Below, piece after piece: positions 42,589 through 51,592 of a stretch of 64,000 nucleotides of DNA (its first letter is position 1; every line of letters begins with the position of its first letter). The stretch covers positions 32,001-96,000 of the forward strand of contig CAVQGX010000027.1 in the NCBI GenBank assembly GCA_963712115.1, written 5' to 3'. A program made the position numbers and the translations under genes. A model generated the notes under the pieces. That model saw only the letters and a program-made list of their open reading frames with translations. It had not been told where the DNA came from and ran no database searches. The stretch comes from an uncultured delta proteobacterium. Its GTDB lineage: Bacteria; Desulfobacterota; Syntrophobacteria; BM002.

Positions 42589-43758
42589 CTAGATCACCCC
42601 GCCAAGGTGATCAGTGCCTGCCGGTTGAAGGAGTTTGAAGAGGGTCGGGCCGAGAAGGCAGGTGAGAAGAGCAAGAAGGACGATTGAATCCTTCATGGCT
42701 GGCGAGATCAACCCTTCCCGCAGACCTATTTCCGCAGCGGCCATGATGAGACTCAGACGCGCAGAGAGGAGAATCCCCGCCGTCATAGCTGCCCTCAAAG
42801 AGATGCGCTGCAGGGTGAATATCAGGCTGGGAACCAGTTTGACCAGTATGGCCAGGGCGAGAAGCTTGAGGGTGAAATGAAGCTGTCCTGGGCGCAGCAC
42901 GTTGGTCAAGTCGAACTCCGCCCCGACGTTAATAAAAAAAATTGGGATGAGAAAACCGAAGCCCAGGGCCGATAGTTTACTCTCCAACTGCCCCTTCTCG
43001 CGGAATACGAAGGAGAGCACGCAACCACCCAGAAAGGCACCCAAAACGGGTTCGAGATGGACTAGCTCGGATACGGCCACAAAGAGAAAGAGAAGGGCCA
43101 GGGAAAGCCTGACCCCGAGTTCTTGTGCATCCTGTGAACCGAGGAAACGGGCCGCTCTCTCCGGGTTCCACCATGCCCAGAGTCGCCCTGCCCACAGTAT
43201 GATGCCGAAGCCGATGAAGAGGGGAAGGGGTGAGATGAAATGCCAGCCTAGCCCGTAGTCGCGCCAGAGGATAAAAAAGGTGATGCCAAAGAGGGTAAGA
43301 AAGTCGGCTAACGAGGCTGCTATTAGGATACTTTGCCCGAAAGGGGATTTCTGTATGCCCACCTCTTTTATGGTCGGCATTACCAGTCCCAATGAAGTGG
43401 TGGTAAGCACCAGGGCCATGAACATTCCGCTCCCGAGGTAGACGGTGAAGAGGAATGACAGGCCCAGGGTGGCTCCGAAAATAAGCAACTGGAAAGAGAG
43501 TTGGCCCCGGCTTTGTTTCAGCAGCATGCCAAAGTCAATCTCCATGCCTGCATGAAACATGAGAAGAAGAAAACCAAGGTGGGCGAGAAACTGGATCCAC
43601 TCGCCGCTGAACTGCACGTGGAGGAAACTTTTTCCTAGAATTACGCCGAAAAGAATCTCCATTACTGGAGCCGGGAGTCGTAACGGCCGGCTAAGGCTGG
43701 GCAGAATGGCTGCGGCCAGGGAAACGAGCAGAAGAGATTCAGCTTGATTGAGGACCAT
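42589..43758 (-). CDS. Cation:proton antiporter (CPA2 family)
   Basis: FLLLMFHAGMEID, TTTSLGLV, ASLADF, LGAFLGG, PIFFINVG, LSARLSL. Confidence 0.9.
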   Translation of the reverse strand: MVLNQAESLLLVSLAAAILPSLSRPLRLPAPVMEILFGVILGKSFLHVQFSGEWIQFLAHLGFLLLMFHAGMEIDFGMLLKQSRGQLSFQLLIFGATLGLSFLFTVYLGSGMFMALVLTTTSLGLVMPTIKEVGIQKSPFGQSILIAASLADFLTLFGITFFILWRDYGLGWHFISPLPLFIGFGIILWAGRLWAWWNPERAARFLGSQDAQELGVRLSLALLFLFVAVSELVHLEPVLGAFLGGCVLSFVFREKGQLESKLSALGFGFLIPIFFINVGAEFDLTNVLRPGQLHFTLKLLALAILVKLVPSLIFTLQRISLRAAMTAGILLSARLSLIMAAAEIGLREGLISPAMKDSIVLLALLTCLLGPTLFKLLQPAGTDHLGGVI

Positions 43759-43835
43759 AACTGTTTGCCGATGAAGGAGGAGGTTATTCAAGGACCCGAC
43801 TTTGGGCTGCCCTCAGAGGCGGCTTCTATGGAACC

Positions 43836-44003
43836 TATCAAATTCCAAATCACAAATCTCAAACAAATACCAAGTTCCAATATCAAATGACCAAAACAAG
43901 GTTTGGAATTTTGAATTTTGGTCATTGTTATTTGTTTGAGATTTGTGATTTGGAATTTGTATTTATCTAGTATCCCAAAACAGCCAGGGCCAGGATTCTT
44001 TAC
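43836..44003. repeat. Inverted heptamer array ending in a family-A right end
   Basis: CAAATTC/CAAATCA-type units mirrored by GAATTTT/GATTTGT units; ends GGGCCAGGATTCTTTAC next to the stop of the upstream gene. Confidence 0.6.
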
Positions 44004-45413
44004 CTACTTCGCTATTATAAGAACAGAACAAGAAACATCTTGGGCCATGTGTTCTCCCACGTGGGGCGAGAACAGCCCCTTTCCCCTGGTTGCGCTACCC
44101 ATGACCATGAGATTGAAATCTTTTGCCAGGGCAACAACCTCTTTCACGGGGTTACCCTTTTTGATGATTACCTCGAAGTCGTATTTATGAATGTGGGCCA
44201 GTTCTCGAACCCGCTTTGAGACGGACTCGGTCCATTCCTCTTCCTCTACACCCCTGATAAACTCAGGCTCTTCTACCACGGCCACGGCAACCTCAGCCCC
44301 AAACTGGCGAGCCAGATCAACCGCCACTCCCAAGGCGAGTTCGGCCTTGTTGGTTGCGTTGAAAGGCACCAGAATCCGCTCATAGGGATGGCTTTGCCGG
44401 GCCACGAGTAGCGGGCAGGATATGGAATGAGCCAGGGATATGAGGGTGGGTTTGGCCAGGGACACTAAGAAGGAAGCCTCAAAAGGATGGAGCACCATTA
44501 GTCCGTAATTTTCTTGACTGCCTATCTCCTCCAGGTAGTCCTCAACCTTGCCCTCTGCAGCTACCACCTTGATGTCAATAGTCTGTGTCCAAGTTCCGAG
44601 AGTTTCCTGGATGTTAGTTTCTTCTTTTGAAGACAAAATGGTCAGGGACTTTACCTTGGTATTCTGGGCAAGATGCATGGTCTCTTTAATAAGCTCTTCA
44701 CGATTGCTCCCTGGAAGAAGGGCTAAAAGGAGATCTGGGCCGTAACCGAGGGGAAAGTGGGGTATGCCGCACTCCAAATGGGTGCAAAGTGTTTTGAAGG
44801 AGTCAGGCTGTCCCACTATCACCAAGCGATCACCCACCTCGATAAAAGTATCGGAATCGGGGAAAAACATTTTATTTTCTCGCAAGATGGCCACCAACCT
44901 CCAGTCTTCATCCATTAGAGATGCGGCCCTCTTGCCAACCAACTGAAAGTGGTCTGCTACATCCATTTCCATAATCTCGGCCTGTCCCAGGCTGAGGGAC
45001 ATCAAGTTGATCCGCGGGTCTTGCAGGTAATGGTGTATGGACTTGGCCAACAGGGTACTGCCAAGAACGGGGCGGGCTCCAATTTTTAGGAATCTCTCCT
45101 TATTTTCCTCCTCGTTTACCAGGGCTAGAAGGTGGCTGACCCCCTGAGAGCCGGCATAATCGCAGATTGCCAGGTTGACCTTGTCATTCTCAGTAAGGGC
45201 GAGGACATAATCAAAGTCGGCCACCCCGGCATCGTCGAGGGTAACCGGACTCGAGCCATCTGCTGCGATTACCTTTTGCACGTTTTGAAACTTGGAAATA
45301 AGGTCCTGGAGCTTTTCCTCGGATTTGTCAATCAAGGTTACGTGCCATCTCTCCCCAAGCCTAGCAAGCAAGTGTCTTGCAACCTTGCCAGCTCCGCAGA
45401 TGAGCACTTTCAT
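44004..45413 (-). CDS. TrkA_N/TrkA_C (RCK) - universal stress protein fusion
   Basis: ICGAGKVA Rossmann start, DKVNL, RCK_C (LVAILRE...GDRLVIVG), C-terminal USP (RILVPFN...GNPVKEV...VMGS...CSVLII). Confidence 0.85.
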   Translation of the reverse strand: MKVLICGAGKVARHLLARLGERWHVTLIDKSEEKLQDLISKFQNVQKVIAADGSSPVTLDDAGVADFDYVLALTENDKVNLAICDYAGSQGVSHLLALVNEEENKERFLKIGARPVLGSTLLAKSIHHYLQDPRINLMSLSLGQAEIMEMDVADHFQLVGKRAASLMDEDWRLVAILRENKMFFPDSDTFIEVGDRLVIVGQPDSFKTLCTHLECGIPHFPLGYGPDLLLALLPGSNREELIKETMHLAQNTKVKSLTILSSKEETNIQETLGTWTQTIDIKVVAAEGKVEDYLEEIGSQENYGLMVLHPFEASFLVSLAKPTLISLAHSISCPLLVARQSHPYERILVPFNATNKAELALGVAVDLARQFGAEVAVAVVEEPEFIRGVEEEEWTESVSKRVRELAHIHKYDFEVIIKKGNPVKEVVALAKDFNLMVMGSATRGKGLFSPHVGEHMAQDVSCSVLIIAK

Positions 45414-45789
45414 CCAACACTCTCCATGATTAATAGCCCTATGAAATGTTTCTAGTCGTTACTAGCGAACCCCCCCATCCTGAGGAATAGAGGGGACCAG
45501 ATTGCCCCATACTAGACTATGGGCCTGAACAGATCAAGTTAACATCTCTGCATAACTGCTCCATGGTAAAAGATGTTCGTGCTCAGGTGAAAAAGGGCGG
45601 TGTCTCCATTACTGGGCTAAGAGTCGTACATTGATGTATGTTCCAATCAGAAAAATGTGGTAGTATTCCTTGGGTCGGAAATCAGAAACAATATAAAAGA
45701 TTTCGACGAGTATTTCTCTCTTCATGGAAGATGCGCAACTTCATAATGGATTTTGGCTAGTCTTTGCATCTCTAGTTTGGAGGTAAGGT

Positions 45790-46194
45790 ATGAAAATCGA
45801 TGAATTCATGACGACAAGAATTGCCACAATTGATGCTGATCGTTCAGTATACGATGCCATAGAAAAGATGGTTGACAGAAGGATTAGATCATTACTTGTT
45901 AAGTTTACAGGAACAAATAGCGACGACGGTGTTATAACAGCACGAGACGTGGTGTTCAAAGTTCTAGCAAAGGGGATAAACCCAACTGATATTAAGGTAT
46001 CATCTATAGCAGCCAGGCCAATAGTATGTGTAGATCGCGAGGTTACCTTGGCTGAAGCTGCAGCCATAATGGAAAAATCACACATTGCCAGGCTTTTTGT
46101 CTGCGAAGGTGAAAAAATTATTGGCGTGGCATCCTTATTAGATGTAATGACCGCTTCGCTGATCATGAGAGCAAGAGGGGAAAATGTTCCTTAA
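45790..46194 (+). CDS. Stand-alone CBS-pair protein
   Basis: Two CBS repeats (GVITARD; IARLFV...IIGVASLLD). Confidence 0.9.
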   Translation: MKIDEFMTTRIATIDADRSVYDAIEKMVDRRIRSLLVKFTGTNSDDGVITARDVVFKVLAKGINPTDIKVSSIAARPIVCVDREVTLAEAAAIMEKSHIARLFVCEGEKIIGVASLLDVMTASLIMRARGENVP

Positions 46195-46816
46195 AAAGAT
46201 ATTTGACTACGGCAAAAAGGAAGAACGGGTAATAGAGAATATCAAGAAACACCTTGAGCTTCTGTGCAACGCCTGTGATTCGTTTCATAGGGCTATGGAA
46301 GAGAACGACAACAACCTTGTCCGCGAAGTTGTCGATTCCGAGCGCGAAGGTGATTCTATCAGGCGAGATATCATCGCCAATATTTACGCGGGTGCTTTTC
46401 TACCATACCTCCGTCCCGATCTGTGTAGATTTGCTGAAATAGTCGACAGGATTTTCGATTCCCTGCAGGAGACCGCCCTCAATTACCTTGAGGTAAGACT
46501 CCCCGAGAACATAAGAGACGAGTGTGTGAGGGTAGCCTTTTTGAATGCCAGGATGTGTGAGATGCTCTTGATCAGCTTCGAGGCAATACTGAATGGAGAG
46601 GATCTTCGGGAAAAGGCTCTGGCAATTAGGATTTATGAGAAAAAAATAGACGATATTGAGTTCAGTATCGTCAAAGACCTGCGGCAAATACCAGTAGATG
46701 ATTTTTGGCAAGGCAGATTATTGGCCGATTTTGTTTCAGGCCTTACCAGCATAAGTGACACCATGGAAGATGCAGGTGATCACCTGCAAATTATCAATGT
46801 GAGCATGAAATCTTAA
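46184..46816 (+). CDS. DUF47 / PhoU-like phosphate transport regulator
   Basis: SEREGDSIRR, AFLPYLRPD, YEKKIDDIE, ISDTMEDAGD; lies upstream of a PiT transporter. Confidence 0.85.
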   Translation: MFLKKIFDYGKKEERVIENIKKHLELLCNACDSFHRAMEENDNNLVREVVDSEREGDSIRRDIIANIYAGAFLPYLRPDLCRFAEIVDRIFDSLQETALNYLEVRLPENIRDECVRVAFLNARMCEMLLISFEAILNGEDLREKALAIRIYEKKIDDIEFSIVKDLRQIPVDDFWQGRLLADFVSGLTSISDTMEDAGDHLQIINVSMKS

Positions 46817-46846
46817 CCGGGATATTTCATCAAATACCCGGGTTAA
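46813..46846. terminator. Intergenic hairpin between DUF47 and pit
   Basis: TTAACCGGGATATTT-CATC-AAATACCCGGGTTAA imperfect inverted repeat. Confidence 0.4.
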
Positions 46847-46939
46847 ATGGGTGACCGCACAACAAGGATTGGTTGTCCCTTTTAATCTAGAGAGTAGCTC
46901 TCCTTTGAGTGAAAATGGTCGACGCGAACGGTAGAGGTA

Positions 46940-47863
46940 ATGTGGAAGATTCTCAGCGGTGTTGTTCTGGGTTGGAGTCTTGGAGCGAATGACTCAGCGA
47001 ATGTCTTCGGGACAGGGGTTACTACCGGCACGGTAAAATACCGCACTGCTATTCTGCTGACGGCCGCATTTGTTCTGCTCGGTTCTTTGATAGAGGGGCC
47101 GAAATGCATTAAGACTCTCGGAGAAATTTCCCGCCTTCAGCCCCTCGATGCTTTTTCCTGCGCCCTGGCAACTGCCATCACCATGGGGTTTCTCACCTTC
47201 CTCGCCCTTCCTGCCTCGACCTCACAAGCAATTGTCGGTGCTATTGTCGGAGCAGGGATTCTTTCAGGTACAGCGGAATTTTCCAAGTTGTACAAGATCG
47301 TCTCATGCTGGGTCCTTACCCCCATAGGCGGAATCATAATCGCTTTCTCTCTCCACAAAGTGCTTGGCTATCTGCTGGACAAAACGGTTACCAGCATGAG
47401 GCAGCGAAATTTAATCTACACTGTTGGAATCCTGGTCGCAGGAAGCTATGGCGCCTACACATTAGGGGGCAATAACGTGGCGAACGTCACGGGAGTCTAT
47501 GTTGGAGCGGGGATTTTGTCTGCCGGCATGGCCTCCCTAATTGGTGGTCTCAGCATTGCCAGTGGTGTACTTACCTACAGCAAGAAGGTGATGATGACCG
47601 TTGGCAAGGGTATCGCCCCCTTGGATCCTTTTTCCGGTGTTATTGCCGTAATCGCCGAGGCACTGACCCTTCATATCTTTACTCAGATCGGTGTGCCGGT
47701 ATCCTCCTCGCAGGCAATAGTGGGGGCCGTAGTCGGGGTGGGACTCGTGGGAGATGTGCGAACGGTGAGTAAGAAGATGCTTGCCAGAATAGCTGTGGGA
47801 TGGCTTCTGACCCCGATCTCCGCAGGAGTCCTGACCTATTTGCTTTTGTTGTTGGTCGGCTAG
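46940..47863 (+). CDS. Inorganic phosphate transporter (PiT family)
   Basis: GANDSAN and GGNNVAN signatures, PASTSQ and PVSSSQ. Confidence 0.9.
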   Translation: MWKILSGVVLGWSLGANDSANVFGTGVTTGTVKYRTAILLTAAFVLLGSLIEGPKCIKTLGEISRLQPLDAFSCALATAITMGFLTFLALPASTSQAIVGAIVGAGILSGTAEFSKLYKIVSCWVLTPIGGIIIAFSLHKVLGYLLDKTVTSMRQRNLIYTVGILVAGSYGAYTLGGNNVANVTGVYVGAGILSAGMASLIGGLSIASGVLTYSKKVMMTVGKGIAPLDPFSGVIAVIAEALTLHIFTQIGVPVSSSQAIVGAVVGVGLVGDVRTVSKKMLARIAVGWLLTPISAGVLTYLLLLLVG

Positions 47864-47876
47864 CCAGGAGTGGGCC

Positions 47877-48545
47877 ATGTTCTTTAATCCCTTCACCGCA
47901 CTCATTTTTTTCCTTTTCCTTAGTGTATTTTTCGTTCTCTTCTTCTTCGTCCAGATCGGAGCCCTTACCCTGGCGTTCAGCAAGATAGGAATTAGCCCGC
48001 AATATATGCTCACCCTATTCTTCCTCACCCTGGTTGGCAGCGCGATCAATATCCCCATCAAAAGGTTTGAAGAAGATGAGCTTTGTGATGAGAGGGTTAT
48101 TCCATTCTATGGCATGCGTTACCGGCTCCCCGCACCTAAACAACCATGCACCACGACTCTGGCGGTAAACGTTGGGGGAGCGGTGATCCCGGTCTTCATA
48201 TCCCTCTACATTTTGCTCAAGTGCCAGGTACCCTTTCGAGCCCTCCTGGCAACTGGCTTTATGAGTGTGGTGGTTTTCAAATTGGCAAGGCCCATCAGGG
48301 GGGTGGGTATAGGTGTGCCAGTTTTGGTTCCACCTCTTTTGGCTGCCCTGATTGCTCTCATACTCTCGCCGGCAAAGGCTCCGCCTGTGGCCTACATTTC
48401 GGGGACCCTGGGGACGCTCATCGGCGCGGACCTGATGAACTTGAAAAAGATCACCGGACTGGGAGCGCCCGTGGCCTCAATTGGCGGAGCCGGGACCTTT
48501 GATGGCATTTTTCTCACCGGCATTATTGCCGTGCTTTTAACTTGA
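47877..48545 (+). CDS. DUF1614 domain-containing membrane protein
   Basis: GSAINIP, AVNVGGAVIP, GTLIGADL, SIGGAGTFDGIF. Confidence 0.88.
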   Translation: MFFNPFTALIFFLFLSVFFVLFFFVQIGALTLAFSKIGISPQYMLTLFFLTLVGSAINIPIKRFEEDELCDERVIPFYGMRYRLPAPKQPCTTTLAVNVGGAVIPVFISLYILLKCQVPFRALLATGFMSVVVFKLARPIRGVGIGVPVLVPPLLAALIALILSPAKAPPVAYISGTLGTLIGADLMNLKKITGLGAPVASIGGAGTFDGIFLTGIIAVLLT

Positions 48546-48619
48546 AGGGAACCATCAGGGAGAGGAAAGAAAATGATTGTCAGGGTCAGAAACAATTGGG
48601 GCGGCTGATCTTGCGCGGG

Positions 48620-50068
48620 TTATGCCTTTGGCCTCACCTTGATGATCACCTCAATGTCGGGCCATTGCTTGCCTTTAGGTCTCACGTTCGGTGGCGCTAT
48701 AACCTTGCGCAACATTTTTTCGTTCTTTTTTATGCTTTCCAAATATATTGGTTCGGTAACGATGGTTATTTTTTGACTCGCATCACTTGGTGGAGAAAGG
48801 ACCCGCAACTGTTTGGGATCTAGTTCCACCGAGACTAATTCCAGACCTTGAGGGAGGGTACCCACTAACTGTGGTTGGATTTCCACCTCAAATTCGGCAA
48901 TCTCCTCCAGTGACAGTGCTATACTGGAAGGGTTTGCATTCACGAGTTTTACCCCCCGGGGAAGGGCGATAGTTTCTTGAGAAACAACAAAGACTTGTCC
49001 CCCGGCCTTGGCCTGGGACAAATCAATCTTGACGCCCAAATTTGCTGGGGTGATTTTATCGAGATCCGACTTGGGACCGGCTAATTGCAGTTTGACCTCC
49101 GTGGGATTGTCCCCTCTAAGAGCGAGGTTCTCCGGCGCGGCAATGTATTCCACCGGCACTGTAAAGGCCTTCTCTCGAATTTCCATCTTGCTGATAATTA
49201 CAGTGGAGTAGAAAACAAGAGCCAGGACAAGACTTATTGCCATCTCTGGGATGAGATTCCGCTGCTTTCTGTAGTCATTGAGCTCAATTCCAGAGGAGGC
49301 AGCAGTTTGCCAATGTGACCATATCTGCTCGGTTAGTTCGGCCTGGTCATTGATTATTTTTACAAGGCCATTAAAAAAAGTCTTTACCGTGCCCCTCTCT
49401 TCTGAAACCGCAATTACCAGGGCATCTGTTACCTCGGAAAGACCCATGGCAGCGTGATGGCGGGTTCCGAACTCCTCAGACAGTCGGCCCGTTTTTGATA
49501 TGGGTAACCGCACACTGAAATATGCAAGTTTGCCGTTCCTAAATACCAGAGCACCGTCGTGGCCGGGTGAGTTAGGGTCAAAGATACTGAGAATAAGAGG
49601 AAGGGTTGGTTCAGCATAGAGATCGAAGCCTCCGGACAACCATCTCTTAACCGGTTCCTTTCCGGGAAGGACAATTATTGCCCCCCGCCTCTTTTTGGCC
49701 AGGACAAAGGCGGCATCGCCGAAGAGCGCAGCCAGAGCTGGGCCAGTTTTGTCCAACTTCTTGCCTCCGAGGGAGGCGGCTCGTTCAAAGATCTTTCTGA
49801 GCTCGGGCTGAAAGATGACAATTAGAGCAATGGCTGCAACCTGGCTGAGGTTGGAGTAAATCCAGTTTATTCCTTTGAGATCGAGAACGTTGGCGGCGAC
49901 GAAAATAACCATGGCGAGGAATATGCCGGTAACGATTTTCCAGGTCCCCAGCCTAAGGAGGGTGCGGTATAAGAAAAACAGGGCCGCAGAAATTAGGAGG
50001 ACATCCAGAATCACCCTCCAGTCAAGGAGTGCCCTGAACAATCTGAGCAATGAAATTAGGGTGTCCAA
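48620..50068 (-). CDS. Diadenylate cyclase (CdaA-type, 3 TM + DAC) fused to YbbR/CdaR-like domains; RHH variant
   Basis: IVIFQPELR, SPGHDGA, LPIS...GTRHHAAMGLS, VSEERG, then a TM and YbbR-like beta domains. Confidence 0.88.
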   Translation of the reverse strand: MDTLISLLRLFRALLDWRVILDVLLISAALFFLYRTLLRLGTWKIVTGIFLAMVIFVAANVLDLKGINWIYSNLSQVAAIALIVIFQPELRKIFERAASLGGKKLDKTGPALAALFGDAAFVLAKKRRGAIIVLPGKEPVKRWLSGGFDLYAEPTLPLILSIFDPNSPGHDGALVFRNGKLAYFSVRLPISKTGRLSEEFGTRHHAAMGLSEVTDALVIAVSEERGTVKTFFNGLVKIINDQAELTEQIWSHWQTAASSGIELNDYRKQRNLIPEMAISLVLALVFYSTVIISKMEIREKAFTVPVEYIAAPENLALRGDNPTEVKLQLAGPKSDLDKITPANLGVKIDLSQAKAGGQVFVVSQETIALPRGVKLVNANPSSIALSLEEIAEFEVEIQPQLVGTLPQGLELVSVELDPKQLRVLSPPSDASQKITIVTEPIYLESIKKNEKMLRKVIAPPNVRPKGKQWPDIEVIIKVRPKA

Positions 50069-50241
50069 TGGTGAATTTCTCCCTAAAGAGCTGTTCCGAA
50101 GAAATTAGTGAGGAGGAAATTTAACCTCCTGCGAAGATATTCATAGGAATAGTGGCGGCAATTTTGATCTTTCTCCTCAAAAATGTCAACAGTTTCCGTC
50201 AACATACCTCGGTTGAAGTCTACTTCCAGAAATCCCCCTAA

Positions 50242-50377
50242 AGAGGCTGTCCGATAACCTCAAAATTCCGAGGCGTCAGCCGAAGAATCTCGACATGGGT
50301 AAGTGCCTGAATCCATGAGATTCTTCGCTTCGCTCAGAATGACACAACGCGCACAAGAGAGGTTGTCGGACACCCCT
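50242..50377. mobile_element. MITE-like element (family B) between the two cyclase genes
   Basis: Terminal IR AGAGGCTGTCCGATAACCTC / GAGGTTGTCGGACACCCCT; internal AGATTCTTCGCTTCGCTCAGAATGACA. Confidence 0.7.
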
Positions 50378-50389
50378 TTTGGGCGGATT

Positions 50390-51577
50390 TTACTTACTTA
50401 GCGGTTTTTGCTCCTTTTGTCTGAACTCAAGAACAAATTCAGTAGGTTCGATTCTCACCACATCTATTCTCTCACCTGGCAAGACAGCTTGTTTCGGTGA
50501 GATACGGTAAGTCTTGCGGCCCAGTTTGGCTGAAGAAAGATCGAGTTCCAGCAGAACGTTCCTGGAGTTCAAGGTACCGGCGTCCTTTCTCAGGCCTCTC
50601 GCCGTGATCTTAACACTAGGTTTTACGGGTTCGACGATTTCCATGTGCTCGGGCAGGTTCTTGAACTCCACCGGCACCTTAATGGTGACTTCAAAGTCCT
50701 GCTGTCCTGCCAACATCAGCCAGATCAGACTGACAATGGCCAGGGTTCCCAACTTCAAAGGCCACCGAGGTACCAGGAGCAAACGGATAGTCGCCCACCA
50801 GCCCTTACCTTCAGGGGTGGGAAGGGTGATGGCTCCATGGACAGTTTGAGAGAGCCTCTGTTGATTTTCCATAGTTACCAGCTCTGCACCACGGGCCAGG
50901 GAAACTTCCCTACGTTCCTCGGAAACCACCACCACCATGGCATCACATCTCTGGGAGAGGCCGAGAGCCGCCCTGTGCCTGGTGCCCCAGTGTTTTGGCA
51001 GGTCCTCATCGGAGCTGAGGGGCAGATAACAGGCAGCCGCTACAACTTTTCCCTCCCGTATTAGCACGGCCCCGTCGTGCAGGGGAGACTCTTTCTGAAA
51101 GATGGTCAACAGCAACTCAGGAGTTGGATCTCCCTCTAAACCGGTGCCGGCTGTTATAAACTCGTCCACCTTATCGAGTCGCTCAATGATTGCCAGGACA
51201 CCAATTTTTCTCTCCGCGAGGGAGAAAATTGCTTGGGTGAAATCCTCTATCCATTCCGCCGGTTTAGAATGTCTGCGCAAGCCAATTTTCCGGAGAGGAT
51301 CTACCCTCTCCAAGACCTGACGTATTTCGGCCTGAAAGAGGATAATTAGTAAGATAATCAAAACCTGCCAGAGGATCTCAAACATCCAGGTGGTGAGGAA
51401 GAGGCCCCAAGCTCTGGCCGCGGTGTAGATGATCGCCAGGGCTAACAGACCAGCCAGGGCCTTAAAGGCCTTTGTTCCGCGAAACCATACGTAAAGGTAG
51501 TAAGCAACGATGGTGAGAAAAAGGATGTCCAGTACGTCCTGGAATCTTATGTTGGCTATCATGCGCAGGGTATCCAT
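50390..51577 (-). CDS. Diadenylate cyclase (CdaA-type) fused to a YbbR/CdaR-like domain
   Basis: ILFQAEIR, SPLHDGA, YLPLS...GTRHRAALGLS, VSEER, TM + YbbR-like domain. Confidence 0.92.
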   Translation of the reverse strand: MDTLRMIANIRFQDVLDILFLTIVAYYLYVWFRGTKAFKALAGLLALAIIYTAARAWGLFLTTWMFEILWQVLIILLIILFQAEIRQVLERVDPLRKIGLRRHSKPAEWIEDFTQAIFSLAERKIGVLAIIERLDKVDEFITAGTGLEGDPTPELLLTIFQKESPLHDGAVLIREGKVVAAACYLPLSSDEDLPKHWGTRHRAALGLSQRCDAMVVVVSEERREVSLARGAELVTMENQQRLSQTVHGAITLPTPEGKGWWATIRLLLVPRWPLKLGTLAIVSLIWLMLAGQQDFEVTIKVPVEFKNLPEHMEIVEPVKPSVKITARGLRKDAGTLNSRNVLLELDLSSAKLGRKTYRISPKQAVLPGERIDVVRIEPTEFVLEFRQKEQKPLSK

Positions 51578-51592
51578 TTGACTCCTGTGGTT

